Assembly (NCBI GenBank): GCA_040388725.1
Contig: JAZKBH010000206.1
Coordinates: 6,757 to 49,153 of the forward strand
DNA from: Verrucomicrobiota bacterium
GTDB lineage: Bacteria; Verrucomicrobiota; Verrucomicrobiia; Methylacidiphilales; CAMAQI01
Length of the DNA stretch: 42,397 nucleotides
Direction of reading: 5' to 3'
The notes beneath the pieces were generated by a model, which saw only the letters and a list, made by a program, of their open reading frames with translations, did no database searches and was not told the DNA's origin. This document shows positions 27,790 to 36,980 of this stretch, piece by piece (position 1 is the first letter of the stretch; the number at the start of each line of letters is the position of its first letter). The position numbers and the translations under genes are program-made.

Positions 27790-29496
27790 ATGACGGTCCC
27801 CTCTTCCCCTTCTCCAAATCCATTGGGTAAAATGGATCTATGGGCGATCGTACTTCTCTCTCTCCTTCTTTTTTTCATCTTCCTCATTACCCGTGAATGG
27901 ATGAGTCCCCTCCAACAAGTCCCTCTCATTCATCTCGAGGGACGATATCTCCCTCTCTATCTCCTTTTCAGTCTATCCCGCGGAATCATCGCCTATGGGA
28001 TCTCTTTTTTATTTACCATGATCTATGGATACGTGATGGCTCGTGTCACGGGAGCCGAACGCTTCATGCTCCCTCTCCTCGATATTCTTCAAAGCATCCC
28101 GGTGCTCGGTTTTCTTCCCGGATTCGTCCTCGGCCTCGTTTACCTTTTTCCCCAACAAAATATCGGTCTTGAAATCGCTTCCATTCTCATGATTTTCACC
28201 GGACAGGTCTGGAATATGACCTTTTCGTTTTATTCGTCGTTGAAATCCGTTCCCCCCGATTTGGTGGCCGTGGCCAGGCTCTCCAGACTCTCCTGGAGTG
28301 AACGATTCATTCGTCTCGATCTCTCTTATGCCACGACCGGACTCCTTTGGAATAGTATGATGTCGATGGCGGGAGGTTGGTTTTTCCTGATGGTGAGCGA
28401 AGCCTTTGTCCTCGGAGAACACGACTTTCGACTCCCCGGAATCGGTTCTTATATGAGCCTCGCCATCGAACGTGGCGACGGAACCGCCCAAGGGATGGGC
28501 GTTCTTGCTATGCTGGGAATGATTGTCTTTGTCGATCAAATCGTCTGGCGACCGTTGGTCAACTGGTCTCATAAATTTACCGATGAAGAAGCGACGGTGG
28601 GAGCCCATCCCTGGTTTTGGAAACAAATCACTCAAACGTGGACTTACTGGAAAATCAGTCGTTTATTCCTATTTTTATTCACTCCACTCCCACTCCTCTT
28701 CAATGGGATTCGCCATTGCACCTCCAAAATAAATTTTCCCGGCTATTTCAAACAAGGGTCCAAGCTCCTCCTCTATATCTTTATCGGCCTCCTTGTTCTC
28801 GGAGGAGCCGTGAAATATCTCCAACTCCTGATGACTCTCGAAAGCCAAGATTGGATCCATCTTCTGACCAGCACGGGAGCGACTTTTATCCGGGTGACCA
28901 TGGCCGTCCTGCTCGCCTCTCTCTGGACGATCCCGGTCGGGGTCATCATTGGTCGTCATCCCCGATGGGTTCATTTCCTTCAACCGATCATTCAGATGGC
29001 CGCGAGTTTTCCTGCTCCGATGATTTTCCCCGTGGTCGTGGGAGTCATGCTGGGGTCTGGCATTGGGCTGGGAATGAGTTCGGTGGTTCTGCTCCTCTTG
29101 GGTTCTCAATGGTATATTCTTTTTAATGTCATCGCCGGAAGCAGTTCCATTCCACGTGAACTCTGGGAAGTCTCTCAAATCACACGGCTCACTTTCTTCC
29201 AACGATGGAGGCATCTCATCTTACCCGCAATCTTCCCCAGCCTTCTGACCGGTTGGATAACGGCCATGGGCGGTGCCTGGAATGCCAGTATCGTCGCCGA
29301 ATATATGAAATATCACGGCGAGACTCTCCTGACGACGGGCCTTGGATCCACGATCAGCCAATCCACAGAACAGGGAAATTTTCACATCCTGGCCGCTGCC
29401 GTGGGAATCATGGCCATCACGGTCGTCAGCTTTAACCGGCTTGTCTGGAGACCTCTCAGTCATTACGCCCAAACCCGCTTCACAATGGAGACCTAA
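27790..29496 (+). CDS. ABC transporter permease, duplicated (two BPD-type domains; nitrate/sulfonate/taurine-like family)
   Basis: 568 aa, polytopic. Two internally similar halves, each with an EAA-like loop (VARLSRLSWSERFIRLDL / VSQITRLTFFQRWRHLIL). Confidence 0.85.
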   Translation: MTVPSSPSPNPLGKMDLWAIVLLSLLLFFIFLITREWMSPLQQVPLIHLEGRYLPLYLLFSLSRGIIAYGISFLFTMIYGYVMARVTGAERFMLPLLDILQSIPVLGFLPGFVLGLVYLFPQQNIGLEIASILMIFTGQVWNMTFSFYSSLKSVPPDLVAVARLSRLSWSERFIRLDLSYATTGLLWNSMMSMAGGWFFLMVSEAFVLGEHDFRLPGIGSYMSLAIERGDGTAQGMGVLAMLGMIVFVDQIVWRPLVNWSHKFTDEEATVGAHPWFWKQITQTWTYWKISRLFLFLFTPLPLLFNGIRHCTSKINFPGYFKQGSKLLLYIFIGLLVLGGAVKYLQLLMTLESQDWIHLLTSTGATFIRVTMAVLLASLWTIPVGVIIGRHPRWVHFLQPIIQMAASFPAPMIFPVVVGVMLGSGIGLGMSSVVLLLLGSQWYILFNVIAGSSSIPRELWEVSQITRLTFFQRWRHLILPAIFPSLLTGWITAMGGAWNASIVAEYMKYHGETLLTTGLGSTISQSTEQGNFHILAAAVGIMAITVVSFNRLVWRPLSHYAQTRFTMET

Positions 29497-29498
29497 AG

Positions 29499-30800
29499 AT
29501 GAGTTCATCTCTTTTGGAAATTAGAAACCTCTTTCAATCCTTCCCTAATCCCCATGGAGGAACAACGGAAGTCCTTCACGACATCAACCTTGAAATCCGC
29601 GAACATGAAGTCGTCGCCATCCTCGGCCCCTCCGGATGCGGCAAATCGACCCTCCTTCGTGCGATCATTGGATTTGAGCCTCCGACTTCCGGTCAAATTT
29701 TTTACCGTGGAAAACTTCAAATGGAATTAAATCCTTCCGCTGCATTAGTCTTTCAAAACTTTGCGCTCTTTCCTTGGTTGACGGTTCAACAAAATATAGA
29801 AATCGGTTTATCGCATCTATCGTTATCTGAAGAGATCCGATTAAAACGTGTTCGCCACGCCATTGATTTGGTCGGACTCGCGGGATCCGAAGAGGCTTAT
29901 CCGAAGGAACTTTCCGGTGGAATGAAACAACGTGTCGGCCTCGCTCGCGCCCTCGCCGTCGAACCCGAAGTTCTTTTCATGGATGAAGCGTTCAGTGCGC
30001 TGGATGTCCTCAGCAGCGAGACGCTTCGCAATGAAGTGGTCGATATCTACACAAGAAAAACATCGGCTGTGAACAGTATTCTCATGGTCACGCATAGTAT
30101 TAGTGAAGGCGTTTTTATGGCGACCAGGCTCGTGGTGATGGGCTCCCACCCTGGAACAATCCGAGCCGTTCTCGACAATCCCCTTCCTTATCCCCGGGAC
30201 GAACATCATCCTGACTTCCTCGCGTTGAATCAAAAGATTCACGAATTGATTACCCAGACAATGATGCCATCGAAGCCCATTTTTCCCACAGTCTCCGGAA
30301 GCACTAAACCTCATATCCAATCGCTTCCCATTGTCTCCCTCAGTCGTACCATCGGTCTTCTGGAAGTTTTAGAAAACGAGGGAACCATGGAACTTTTCGA
30401 ACTCAGTCGTCACGTGAATCTGGAACTGACCCAACTCCTCCTCGTCGTCAAGGGATCCGAACTTCTAAACTGGGTCACCACTCCCGACGGAGAGGTTGAA
30501 ATGACCGAAGCAGGCCGTCAGTTTTTGGAAGCCGATGTCTCCACTCGCAAAAAGCTTTTAAACGAAACCTTGAGACATCTTTATGTTTTCGATCTCGTGA
30601 TTCAGAAGCTTCGAGCATCGTCAAATCAGGAAGTCGATGAAAGCATTATTCTAAAAGAATTATCTATCCTATTTCCCCATGAACGTCCTCTCCGGATCAT
30701 GCGAACCATCATCTCCTGGGCCCGTTACGGCGAGCTCTTTAAATACAGCGCGACCAGAAAAGTTTTTCACGGACTTCAAGAAATACCCTCTCCCCTCTGA
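29499..30800 (+). CDS. ABC transporter ATP-binding protein with a C-terminal extension of about 170 aa (AAA-associated-domain type)
   Basis: 433 aa. Walker A GPSGCGKST, signature LSGGMKQRV, Walker B VLFMDEAFSALD, H-loop MVTHS. A non-ABC C-terminal domain follows (IGLLEVLENEGTMELFELS...). Confidence 0.9.
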   Translation: MSSSLLEIRNLFQSFPNPHGGTTEVLHDINLEIREHEVVAILGPSGCGKSTLLRAIIGFEPPTSGQIFYRGKLQMELNPSAALVFQNFALFPWLTVQQNIEIGLSHLSLSEEIRLKRVRHAIDLVGLAGSEEAYPKELSGGMKQRVGLARALAVEPEVLFMDEAFSALDVLSSETLRNEVVDIYTRKTSAVNSILMVTHSISEGVFMATRLVVMGSHPGTIRAVLDNPLPYPRDEHHPDFLALNQKIHELITQTMMPSKPIFPTVSGSTKPHIQSLPIVSLSRTIGLLEVLENEGTMELFELSRHVNLELTQLLLVVKGSELLNWVTTPDGEVEMTEAGRQFLEADVSTRKKLLNETLRHLYVFDLVIQKLRASSNQEVDESIILKELSILFPHERPLRIMRTIISWARYGELFKYSATRKVFHGLQEIPSPL

Positions 30801-30835
30801 TTTTTGCGCTCATAAACGTCACTCGAAGGAAAATG

Positions 30836-30878
30836 CAGAATTCACCGCAGAGTTTTCCTGCGTTGAATTCTGTTTTTT
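30836..30878 (+). terminator. strong intrinsic terminator
   Basis: CAGAATTCACCGCAG-AGTTTTC-CTGCGTTGAATTCTG (15-bp stem, 1 mismatch) followed by TTTTTT. Confidence 0.85.
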
Positions 30879-30920
30879 ATCAATTTCAAACCCATTTATT
30901 GAATAGGAAATTCTAAATAC

Positions 30921-30992
30921 GGGAGGGGCAAGTTTCCGAGGCCGTCGTTTTGAGATGTTACAGACTCGTGGCCACGGAACCTCGGCCCTCCC
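30921..30992 (+). repeat. structured repeat family E, copy 2
   Basis: GGGAGGGGCAAGTTTCCGAGGCCGTCGTTTTGAGATGTTACAGACTCGTGGCCACGGAACCTCGGCCCTCCC. The termini GGGAGGG/CCCTCCC and CCGAGG/CCTCGG pair. The loop and tail are shared with 15767-15847. Confidence 0.75.
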
Positions 30993-31064
30993 GTTTCGAT
31001 CCCAAAAAAGGATTTTAAGTTTTACCTCGTAAAACTATTCCTCATGCAAGATCTCGGTTAAATA

Positions 31065-31083
31065 GTCGGGTTTTACCCCATGT
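31065..31083 (+). promoter_or_regulatory. conserved 19-nt element, copy 2
   Basis: GTCGGGTTTTACCCCATGT, 83 nt upstream of ATG 31166 and 125 nt upstream of ATG 31208. Confidence 0.6.
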
Positions 31084-31207
31084 CAGTCGTTGGCGTTATT
31101 CTCTAAGTTTTATGAAGAGATGAATAACCGCATTTCCATACGCCTGACTTTTACCTCATTCAAAGATGCCGTCTCGCTCAACCAAAAATAATGAAAGGTC
31201 TTCTCTC

Positions 31208-31894
31208 ATGAATACAATGGATACGAAAAGTGATTCAGAAATTAAACATGACGTTCTTTCAGAACTTAAATACCAACCGAGCGTGAAAGAGACGGATATC
31301 GGCGTCCTTGTCAAAGAGGGAGCCGTAACTCTCACAGGATACGCGGAAAGCTACGAAGACAAAAGGCAGGTCGTCCTTGCGACAAGACGTATTGCAGGGG
31401 TCAAAGCCATCGCGGATGAGCTCCAAGTCCGAATTCCTCACACCTCACTCCGAACCGATGGAGAAATCGCCACGGCAGCGGTCAATCAACTCAATTGGTC
31501 CACCACCATTCCCACAGATGCGGTTCACGTAACAGTTCGAGAAGGTTATGTCACTCTCGAGGGTGAATTGGAATGGGGATATCAAAAAACAGCGGCTGAA
31601 AATGCCACCCACCATCTCATGGGAATTAAAGGCGTCGTCAACCTCATCACCATCAAACCGACACTCGACCCTGCAAATCTCGAATCGGCAATCCAAAAGG
31701 CCTTTGAAAGAAATGCACTTCTCGATGCGAAAAAAATTCATACCGAGATTTCAGAAAATACGGTGACCCTCCGTGGAAGGGTTCGGAATCATAGCGAGCT
31801 TGAAGAAGCGGAACGCGTCGCTTGGGCGGCTCCTGGTGTATTTCTTGTGAATAATCAACTTAAAGTCGATGGAGTGTGGAGTTTTAAGGATTGA
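31208..31894 (+). CDS. BON-domain protein (three BON domains, OsmY-like)
   Basis: Three repeats of the pattern D.EI...V...L......I.V.V..G.VTL.G.V.......A......GVK.V.N.L.V. The start is placed at Met15 (GAAAGG 11 nt upstream). The longest ORF starts at 31166. Confidence 0.85.
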   Translation: MNTMDTKSDSEIKHDVLSELKYQPSVKETDIGVLVKEGAVTLTGYAESYEDKRQVVLATRRIAGVKAIADELQVRIPHTSLRTDGEIATAAVNQLNWSTTIPTDAVHVTVREGYVTLEGELEWGYQKTAAENATHHLMGIKGVVNLITIKPTLDPANLESAIQKAFERNALLDAKKIHTEISENTVTLRGRVRNHSELEEAERVAWAAPGVFLVNNQLKVDGVWSFKD

Positions 31895-31952
31895 TCTCAG
31901 GATATTTTCCAAACAATCCATCGACAGAAAAACCCTCATACTCTCCCCTTCT

Positions 31953-32465
31953 ATGATCCCCTCCCTCCCTCATTCAAAATCGATTGGCATTGCCTCTGAT
32001 CATGGAGGCTATGAATTAAAAAAATATCTCATTCGAATGTTAAATGATGAGGGCTATGAAGTCGTTAATTTTGGAAACGATGAATTAAATTTAGAGGACG
32101 ATTATCCTGACTTTATTATCCCTCTCGCTCGCGCCGTCGCGGAGGGAAAGCCCAGCCGTGGGATTGCCATTTGTGGAAGTGGGGTCGGCGCATCGATTGT
32201 AGCGAATAAAATTCCGGGCATTCGTGCTGCTTTAATTCACGAAAAATATTCTGCTCATCAAGGCGTTGAAGACGACGATCTAAATATCATCTGTCTCGGC
32301 GGCCTTGTCGTCAGCCATCCATTCGCCTGGATCTTGGTTGAAATATTTCTCAAAGCACAATTCAGTAAAGCCCCTCGACATCAACGTCGCGTGAATAAAA
32401 TTTTAGCCCTTGAAAATACACACTCCGATTTCGTTTCTGAGACATCGTCTCTGATCTCGAATTGA
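31953..32465 (+). CDS. rpiB: ribose-5-phosphate isomerase B (RpiB/LacA/LacB family)
   Basis: SIGIASDHGGYELK, GIAICGSGVGASIVANKIPGIRAA, DDLNIICLGG. I trimmed to Met29 because the track ORF start overlaps the BON gene. Confidence 0.88.
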   Translation: MIPSLPHSKSIGIASDHGGYELKKYLIRMLNDEGYEVVNFGNDELNLEDDYPDFIIPLARAVAEGKPSRGIAICGSGVGASIVANKIPGIRAALIHEKYSAHQGVEDDDLNIICLGGLVVSHPFAWILVEIFLKAQFSKAPRHQRRVNKILALENTHSDFVSETSSLISN

Positions 32466-32625
32466 ATAAAGGGAATCCTCGTGCTTCAAAAAATTGAAAT
32501 AGAAAATTCTCTACCTCTGCGTCTCTGCGGTGAAAATGGTATTTTGTCTGTTTTTTCTTCACTTGACGTTCCTGCGACCCGCGATCGCTCCCGCTAAATT
32601 CCTACTGCACGAAATGAGTTTAATG

Positions 32626-32644
32626 GTCGGGTTTAACCCCATAG
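32626..32644 (+). promoter_or_regulatory. conserved 19-nt element, copy 3
   Basis: GTCGGGTTTAACCCCATAG, 69 nt upstream of ATG 32713. Confidence 0.6.
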
Positions 32645-32712
32645 AAGCTTTGCAGTTCGGAGTTAATCTAGGCGATATGAAAGCCCATTTAATTTTCCCT
32701 CACTTTCGAAAA

Positions 32713-32967
32713 ATGCAGTCTCCTTCAAATAAAACGTCATATCGATTGGGTCCTTTCAAAATTATTTTGGGGCTCGCCCTGATTGCCACCTTTTACGGAT
32801 GCGTCGGTTGGGTCGATAACGGAGGAAGCTATAGCGGCGGTGTTATTGTCTCGGAGCCGTATTATTCTTTCTACGACGGCGGTTATGGCGGGGGATATGA
32901 ATATCGAAACTACAGTCATCGTGGATATGCAAGTCGTTCCCATTCTCACCAGGGTCGACATCGATGA
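32713..32967 (+). CDS. small Gly/Tyr/His-rich putative lipoprotein (84 aa)
   Basis: Track ORF trimmed to Met62. Signal-like LGPFKIILGLALIATFYG-C, then GGSYSGG...YDGGYGGGYEYRNYSHRGYASRSHSHQGRHR. Confidence 0.5.
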   Translation: MQSPSNKTSYRLGPFKIILGLALIATFYGCVGWVDNGGSYSGGVIVSEPYYSFYDGGYGGGYEYRNYSHRGYASRSHSHQGRHR

Positions 32968-33026
32968 AAAGATCAGCGATGCATCTCACGACACCTCCAC
33001 AAAAATAAAATAAGAAATCTCTATTT

Positions 33027-34031
33027 ATGAAATATTCCAAACCGCTGATCCATTTCACCCGCTTTTTGACTTTTACACTCCTCGTCTGTATCGAGGGAGC
33101 GTTGACCACAAATATTCAGGCTGCCACAACGCATCCCATTGATTCCAAACCGGAAATCCGAGAAAAATTATTTTCATCTCCCGATGAAGCGATCAAAGCC
33201 TTGAAGACTGCCGTGGAGAGCGACGATCAATCCGAACTACAAAAAATCTTCGGCCCAGAATTCCGGGAGCTCCTCACAGGCGACCGAGTGCAAGATGCGA
33301 ATAACATCCACAAGTTCGCCGATGCGATGAATCAAGGTTGTAAACAGGTCAAAGAAGGAAAAAATACCGTGGTACTTGAGCTTGGAAAGAACGAATGGCC
33401 GATGCCGATTCCACTCCTGAAATCCAATGGAAAATGGCATTTCGATACGACGGAGGGGAAAGAAGAAATCATCAATCGGCATATCGGAAAAGGGGAACTC
33501 TACGCCATCGGCGTTTGCCACGACTATGTCACCGCACAGAAGCAATATGCAAAAGAGATGAAGAAAGAGGGCAACGAAAAGGAGTACGCCCAGAAATTCA
33601 AAAGCACCCCCGGGAAAAGAGATGGACTTTACTGGCCCGCAACAAAAAGTGAGCCCGCCAGTCCTTTCGGACCTTTAGTCGCGGAAGCTCATGCGGAAGG
33701 TTATGTAAGTCATAAAGACAAAGGTCCACACCCCTTTCATGGCTATTATTTTAAAATTCTCACGCAACAAGGTTCCTCCACACCTGGTGGAAAAATGAAT
33801 TATCTGCATGAGGGCCATTTGATCGGGGGCTTCGCTTTAGTCGCCTATCCCGTGATTTGGGAGAAGTCGGGAATTATGACCTTTGTCGTCAATCAAGACG
33901 GAAAAGTCTTTCAGAAAGATTTGGGAGAAGAAACTCAGCGCATTGCAGGAGAGATGAAAGAATACAATCCCGACCCCTCATGGACGAGAGTGAAGGATAA
34001 GGGAATATGGAATGCGATTTTTGAGAAATAA
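33027..34031 (+). CDS. DUF2950-like secreted protein
   Basis: 334 aa with a signal peptide. PFHGYYFKILTQQGSSTPGGKMNYLHEGHLIGGFALVAYPVIWEKSGIMTFVVNQDGKVFQKDLG matches my recollection of the DUF2950 core. Confidence 0.7.
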   Translation: MKYSKPLIHFTRFLTFTLLVCIEGALTTNIQAATTHPIDSKPEIREKLFSSPDEAIKALKTAVESDDQSELQKIFGPEFRELLTGDRVQDANNIHKFADAMNQGCKQVKEGKNTVVLELGKNEWPMPIPLLKSNGKWHFDTTEGKEEIINRHIGKGELYAIGVCHDYVTAQKQYAKEMKKEGNEKEYAQKFKSTPGKRDGLYWPATKSEPASPFGPLVAEAHAEGYVSHKDKGPHPFHGYYFKILTQQGSSTPGGKMNYLHEGHLIGGFALVAYPVIWEKSGIMTFVVNQDGKVFQKDLGEETQRIAGEMKEYNPDPSWTRVKDKGIWNAIFEK

Positions 34032-34081
34032 TGCCATCCCATTTTACGAACGAAAATAAAAACCATACCAAACAAGTTTCT

Positions 34082-34399
34082 ATGAAAATTCAAATCAACA
34101 CCGATCATCATATCAAAGCCCACGAGAAAACACTCCATCAAGCGGAAGACCTCGTGAAAAATACTTTAGGGCATCTCTCTGAACACATCACCCGTGTAGA
34201 GGTCCACCTCAGTGATGAAAATGGGAAAAAAGCGGGAGATCACGACAAACGCTGCTTGATGGAAGCCCGCCTCGAAAAACATCAACCGATTGCCGTCACC
34301 CAGGAAGCGGGGACTCTGGACGACGCGCTTCAGGGGGCTGCCGAGAAGCTTAAGCATGCCCTTGAACATCTCCTCGGTCGGTTGAGTCAACATTCTTAA
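34082..34399 (+). CDS. HPF/RaiA-family ribosome-associated (hibernation) protein, short form
   Basis: MKIQINTDHHIKAHEKTL...ITRVEVHLSDENGKKAGDHDKRCLMEARLEKHQPIAVTQEA...AAEKLKHALE. The longest ORF starts at 34031 (TAATG overlap with the upstream gene), so the start is ambiguous. Confidence 0.7.
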   Translation: MKIQINTDHHIKAHEKTLHQAEDLVKNTLGHLSEHITRVEVHLSDENGKKAGDHDKRCLMEARLEKHQPIAVTQEAGTLDDALQGAAEKLKHALEHLLGRLSQHS

Positions 34400-34414
34400 A
34401 CGTGCATGAGAACT

Positions 34415-34480
34415 GGAGGGGCAGTGGCCCACTGCCTTCCCCGTCTTCTGAGGCACAGAGCCTGTGCCCCTCCATTTTTT
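34415..34480 (+). terminator. compound hairpin plus T-tract (intrinsic terminator after the HPF gene)
   Basis: Outer stem GGAGGGGCA...TGCCCCTCC, with inner hairpins GGCAGTGG-C-CCACTGCC and GGCACAG-AGC-CTGTGCC, then TTTTTT (34475-34480). Confidence 0.75.
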
Positions 34481-34540
34481 ATCACCCTTTGGGTCTATGA
34501 CTTTGCAGATAAAACCAATTCTAATGAAGAATATGGATTT

Positions 34541-34576
34541 AAAACTCTGTGCCTCTGCCTCTCTGTGGTGAAACGG
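34541..34576. repeat. repeat family B copy (CACAGAG-type) in the phosphoketolase leader
   Basis: AAAACTCTGTGCCTCTGCCTCTCTGTGGTGAAACGG. Its reverse complement TTTCACCACAGAGAGGCAGAGGCACAGAG resembles 36981-37013. Confidence 0.7.
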
Positions 34577-34599
34577 TATTCTCTAAAACGTGTTCATTT

Positions 34600-36969
34600 A
34601 TGAAAACAAAAACACTCTCCCCCGAAGATCTAAATCAAATCGATGCCTACTGGCGTGCTGCCAATTATCTCTCGGTCGGGCAAATTTATCTTTACGATAA
34701 TCCCCTTCTCAAACGTCCCCTCAAACTCTCGGATGTGAAGCGTATGTTGCTGGGACATTGGGGAACGACTCCCGGTCAAAATTTTATATATGCGCATCTG
34801 AACCGGATCATCAAAAAATACGATCTCAATATGATCTATGTCTCCGGTCCCGGACATGGAGGCCCAGCGGTCGTGGCGAACACGTATCTCGAGGGAACTT
34901 ACAGCGAGGTCTACCCTCACATCTCCCAAGACGAAGTGGGTCTTCAAAAACTCTTCAAACAATTTTCATTTCCCGGAGGAATTCCGAGTCATGCCTCACC
35001 GGAATGCCCGGGATCGATTCACGAGGGAGGTGAACTCGGTTACTCTCTCAGTCATTCATTCGGAGCCGTCTTCGATAATCCGAATCTCATTGTGGCTTGT
35101 TGCGTCGGCGATGGAGAAGCGGAGACCGGACCTCTCGCCACCGCTTGGCATTCCAATAAATTTCTCAATCCCGCCACCGATGGCGCGGTGCTTCCGATCC
35201 TTCATCTCAACGGTTACAAGATCTCCAATCCCACCCTTCTCGCCCGCATTACCCATGAAGAATTGGATCAGTTGCTCCGGGGTTACGGCTGGATTCCTTA
35301 TTATGTCGAAGGCCATGACCCCGAACTCATGCATGAAGCGATGGCCTCGATGCTCGATCTGGTGGTGGAAGAGATTCAAAAAATTCAACAAGAAGCTCGT
35401 CGCCATGGCAATCATATCCGTCCACGATGGCCGATGATTGTCCTCGCTTCGCCTAAAGGATGGACAGGTCCGAAGCTCGTCGATGGATTACAGGTAGAAG
35501 GAACCTTCCGTTCGCATCAAGTTCCTCTTTCAGATCCCGCGACTCATTCTGAACATCTTCAGCAATTAGAAACGTGGCTTAAAAGTTATCGACCGGAAGA
35601 ACTTTTCAACGAACAAGGCCGCTTAAAACCGGAACTTGCCGAACTTGCCCCTCAAGGCGACCGACGTATGGGCGCAAATCCTCATGCCAATGGCGGTCTT
35701 CTCCTTCGTGATTTGAAGATGCCCAATTTTAAGGATTATGCCATCGATGTTCCCACACCCGGAGTGCAAGGGATCGGTGATACCCACGTCCTTGGTGTTT
35801 TTCTTCGCGATATCGCGATCCTGAATCAGGATGAGCGTAATTTTCGAATTTTCGGCCCAGATGAAACTCTCTCCAATGGCTTGGAAGCCTTATTTAAAGT
35901 GACGCAACGTCAATGGGAGGCACAGACTTTGCCAAACGACGAATTTCTTGCGCCCGCAGGTCGTGTCATGGAAATGCTCAGTGAGCACCAATGTGAGGGT
36001 TGGCTCGAAGGTTATCTTCTCACCGGAAGACATGGTCTTTTTAATTGCTACGAAGCCTTCATTCATATTGTCGATTCGATGTTCAACCAACATGCGAAAT
36101 GGTTGAAAGTCACCTTGCACATGCCGTGGCGGCGTAAGATCGCCTCGCTCAACTACCTTCTCGCTTCCCATGTCTGGCGTCAGGATCACAACGGATTCAC
36201 GCATCAAGATCCCGGATTCATCGATCACGTCGTGAACAAAAAAGCCGAAATCATCCGCGTTTATCTCCCCCCGGATGCGAACTCTCTCCTCTCTGTCATG
36301 GATCACTGCCTGCGCAGCCGACATTATGTGAATGTCGTGATCGCGGGCAAACATCCCGCTCCTCAATGGTTGACGATGGAAGCCGCGGCCAAACATTGCG
36401 CGGAGGGAGTCGGAATCTGGGACTGGGCCTGCAACGACCACGGCGAAGAACCCGATCTGGTCATGGCCTGTTGTGGCGATGTTCCAACCCTCGAAACTTT
36501 AGCGGCGGTCTCGATTCTCCGAGTCCATCTCCCCGGTCTCAAAATCCGGGTCGTCAATGTCGTGGATCTGATGAAGCTTCAACCCCAAAGCGAACATCCT
36601 CATGGACTCAGTGATCTCGATTTCGACAATCTCTTTACAAAAGACAAACCGATTGTCTTCGCCTTTCATGCTTATCCCGGGTTGATCCACCGTCTGACCT
36701 ATCGTCGAACCAATCACGACAATATTCACGTCCGGGGTTACAAAGAGGAAGGGACGATCACCACTCCTTTTGACATGACGGTGCTCAATGATCTCGATCG
36801 TTTCCACCTCGTCATGCTGGCCATCGATCTCATTCCCCGAACCGGAACCCAAGGAACATCCTTAAAACGGCGCCTCGAAGAAAAACTGATCGAACATAAA
36901 CAATACATCGATCAACAAGGCCAGGACATGCCCGAAATCCGAAACTGGAAATGGACTGCATCCATTTAA
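34600..36969 (+). CDS. xfp: phosphoketolase (xylulose-5-P/fructose-6-P phosphoketolase)
   Basis: 789 aa from [25 protein letters not shown] (the track ORF begins 17 codons earlier, inside repeat B1). [32 protein letters not shown] and the overall length are typical of XFP. Confidence 0.92.
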   Translation: MKTKTLSPEDLNQIDAYWRAANYLSVGQIYLYDNPLLKRPLKLSDVKRMLLGHWGTTPGQNFIYAHLNRIIKKYDLNMIYVSGPGHGGPAVVANTYLEGTYSEVYPHISQDEVGLQKLFKQFSFPGGIPSHASPECPGSIHEGGELGYSLSHSFGAVFDNPNLIVACCVGDGEAETGPLATAWHSNKFLNPATDGAVLPILHLNGYKISNPTLLARITHEELDQLLRGYGWIPYYVEGHDPELMHEAMASMLDLVVEEIQKIQQEARRHGNHIRPRWPMIVLASPKGWTGPKLVDGLQVEGTFRSHQVPLSDPATHSEHLQQLETWLKSYRPEELFNEQGRLKPELAELAPQGDRRMGANPHANGGLLLRDLKMPNFKDYAIDVPTPGVQGIGDTHVLGVFLRDIAILNQDERNFRIFGPDETLSNGLEALFKVTQRQWEAQTLPNDEFLAPAGRVMEMLSEHQCEGWLEGYLLTGRHGLFNCYEAFIHIVDSMFNQHAKWLKVTLHMPWRRKIASLNYLLASHVWRQDHNGFTHQDPGFIDHVVNKKAEIIRVYLPPDANSLLSVMDHCLRSRHYVNVVIAGKHPAPQWLTMEAAAKHCAEGVGIWDWACNDHGEEPDLVMACCGDVPTLETLAAVSILRVHLPGLKIRVVNVVDLMKLQPQSEHPHGLSDLDFDNLFTKDKPIVFAFHAYPGLIHRLTYRRTNHDNIHVRGYKEEGTITTPFDMTVLNDLDRFHLVMLAIDLIPRTGTQGTSLKRRLEEKLIEHKQYIDQQGQDMPEIRNWKWTASI

Positions 36970-36980
36970 GATTCAGAAGG

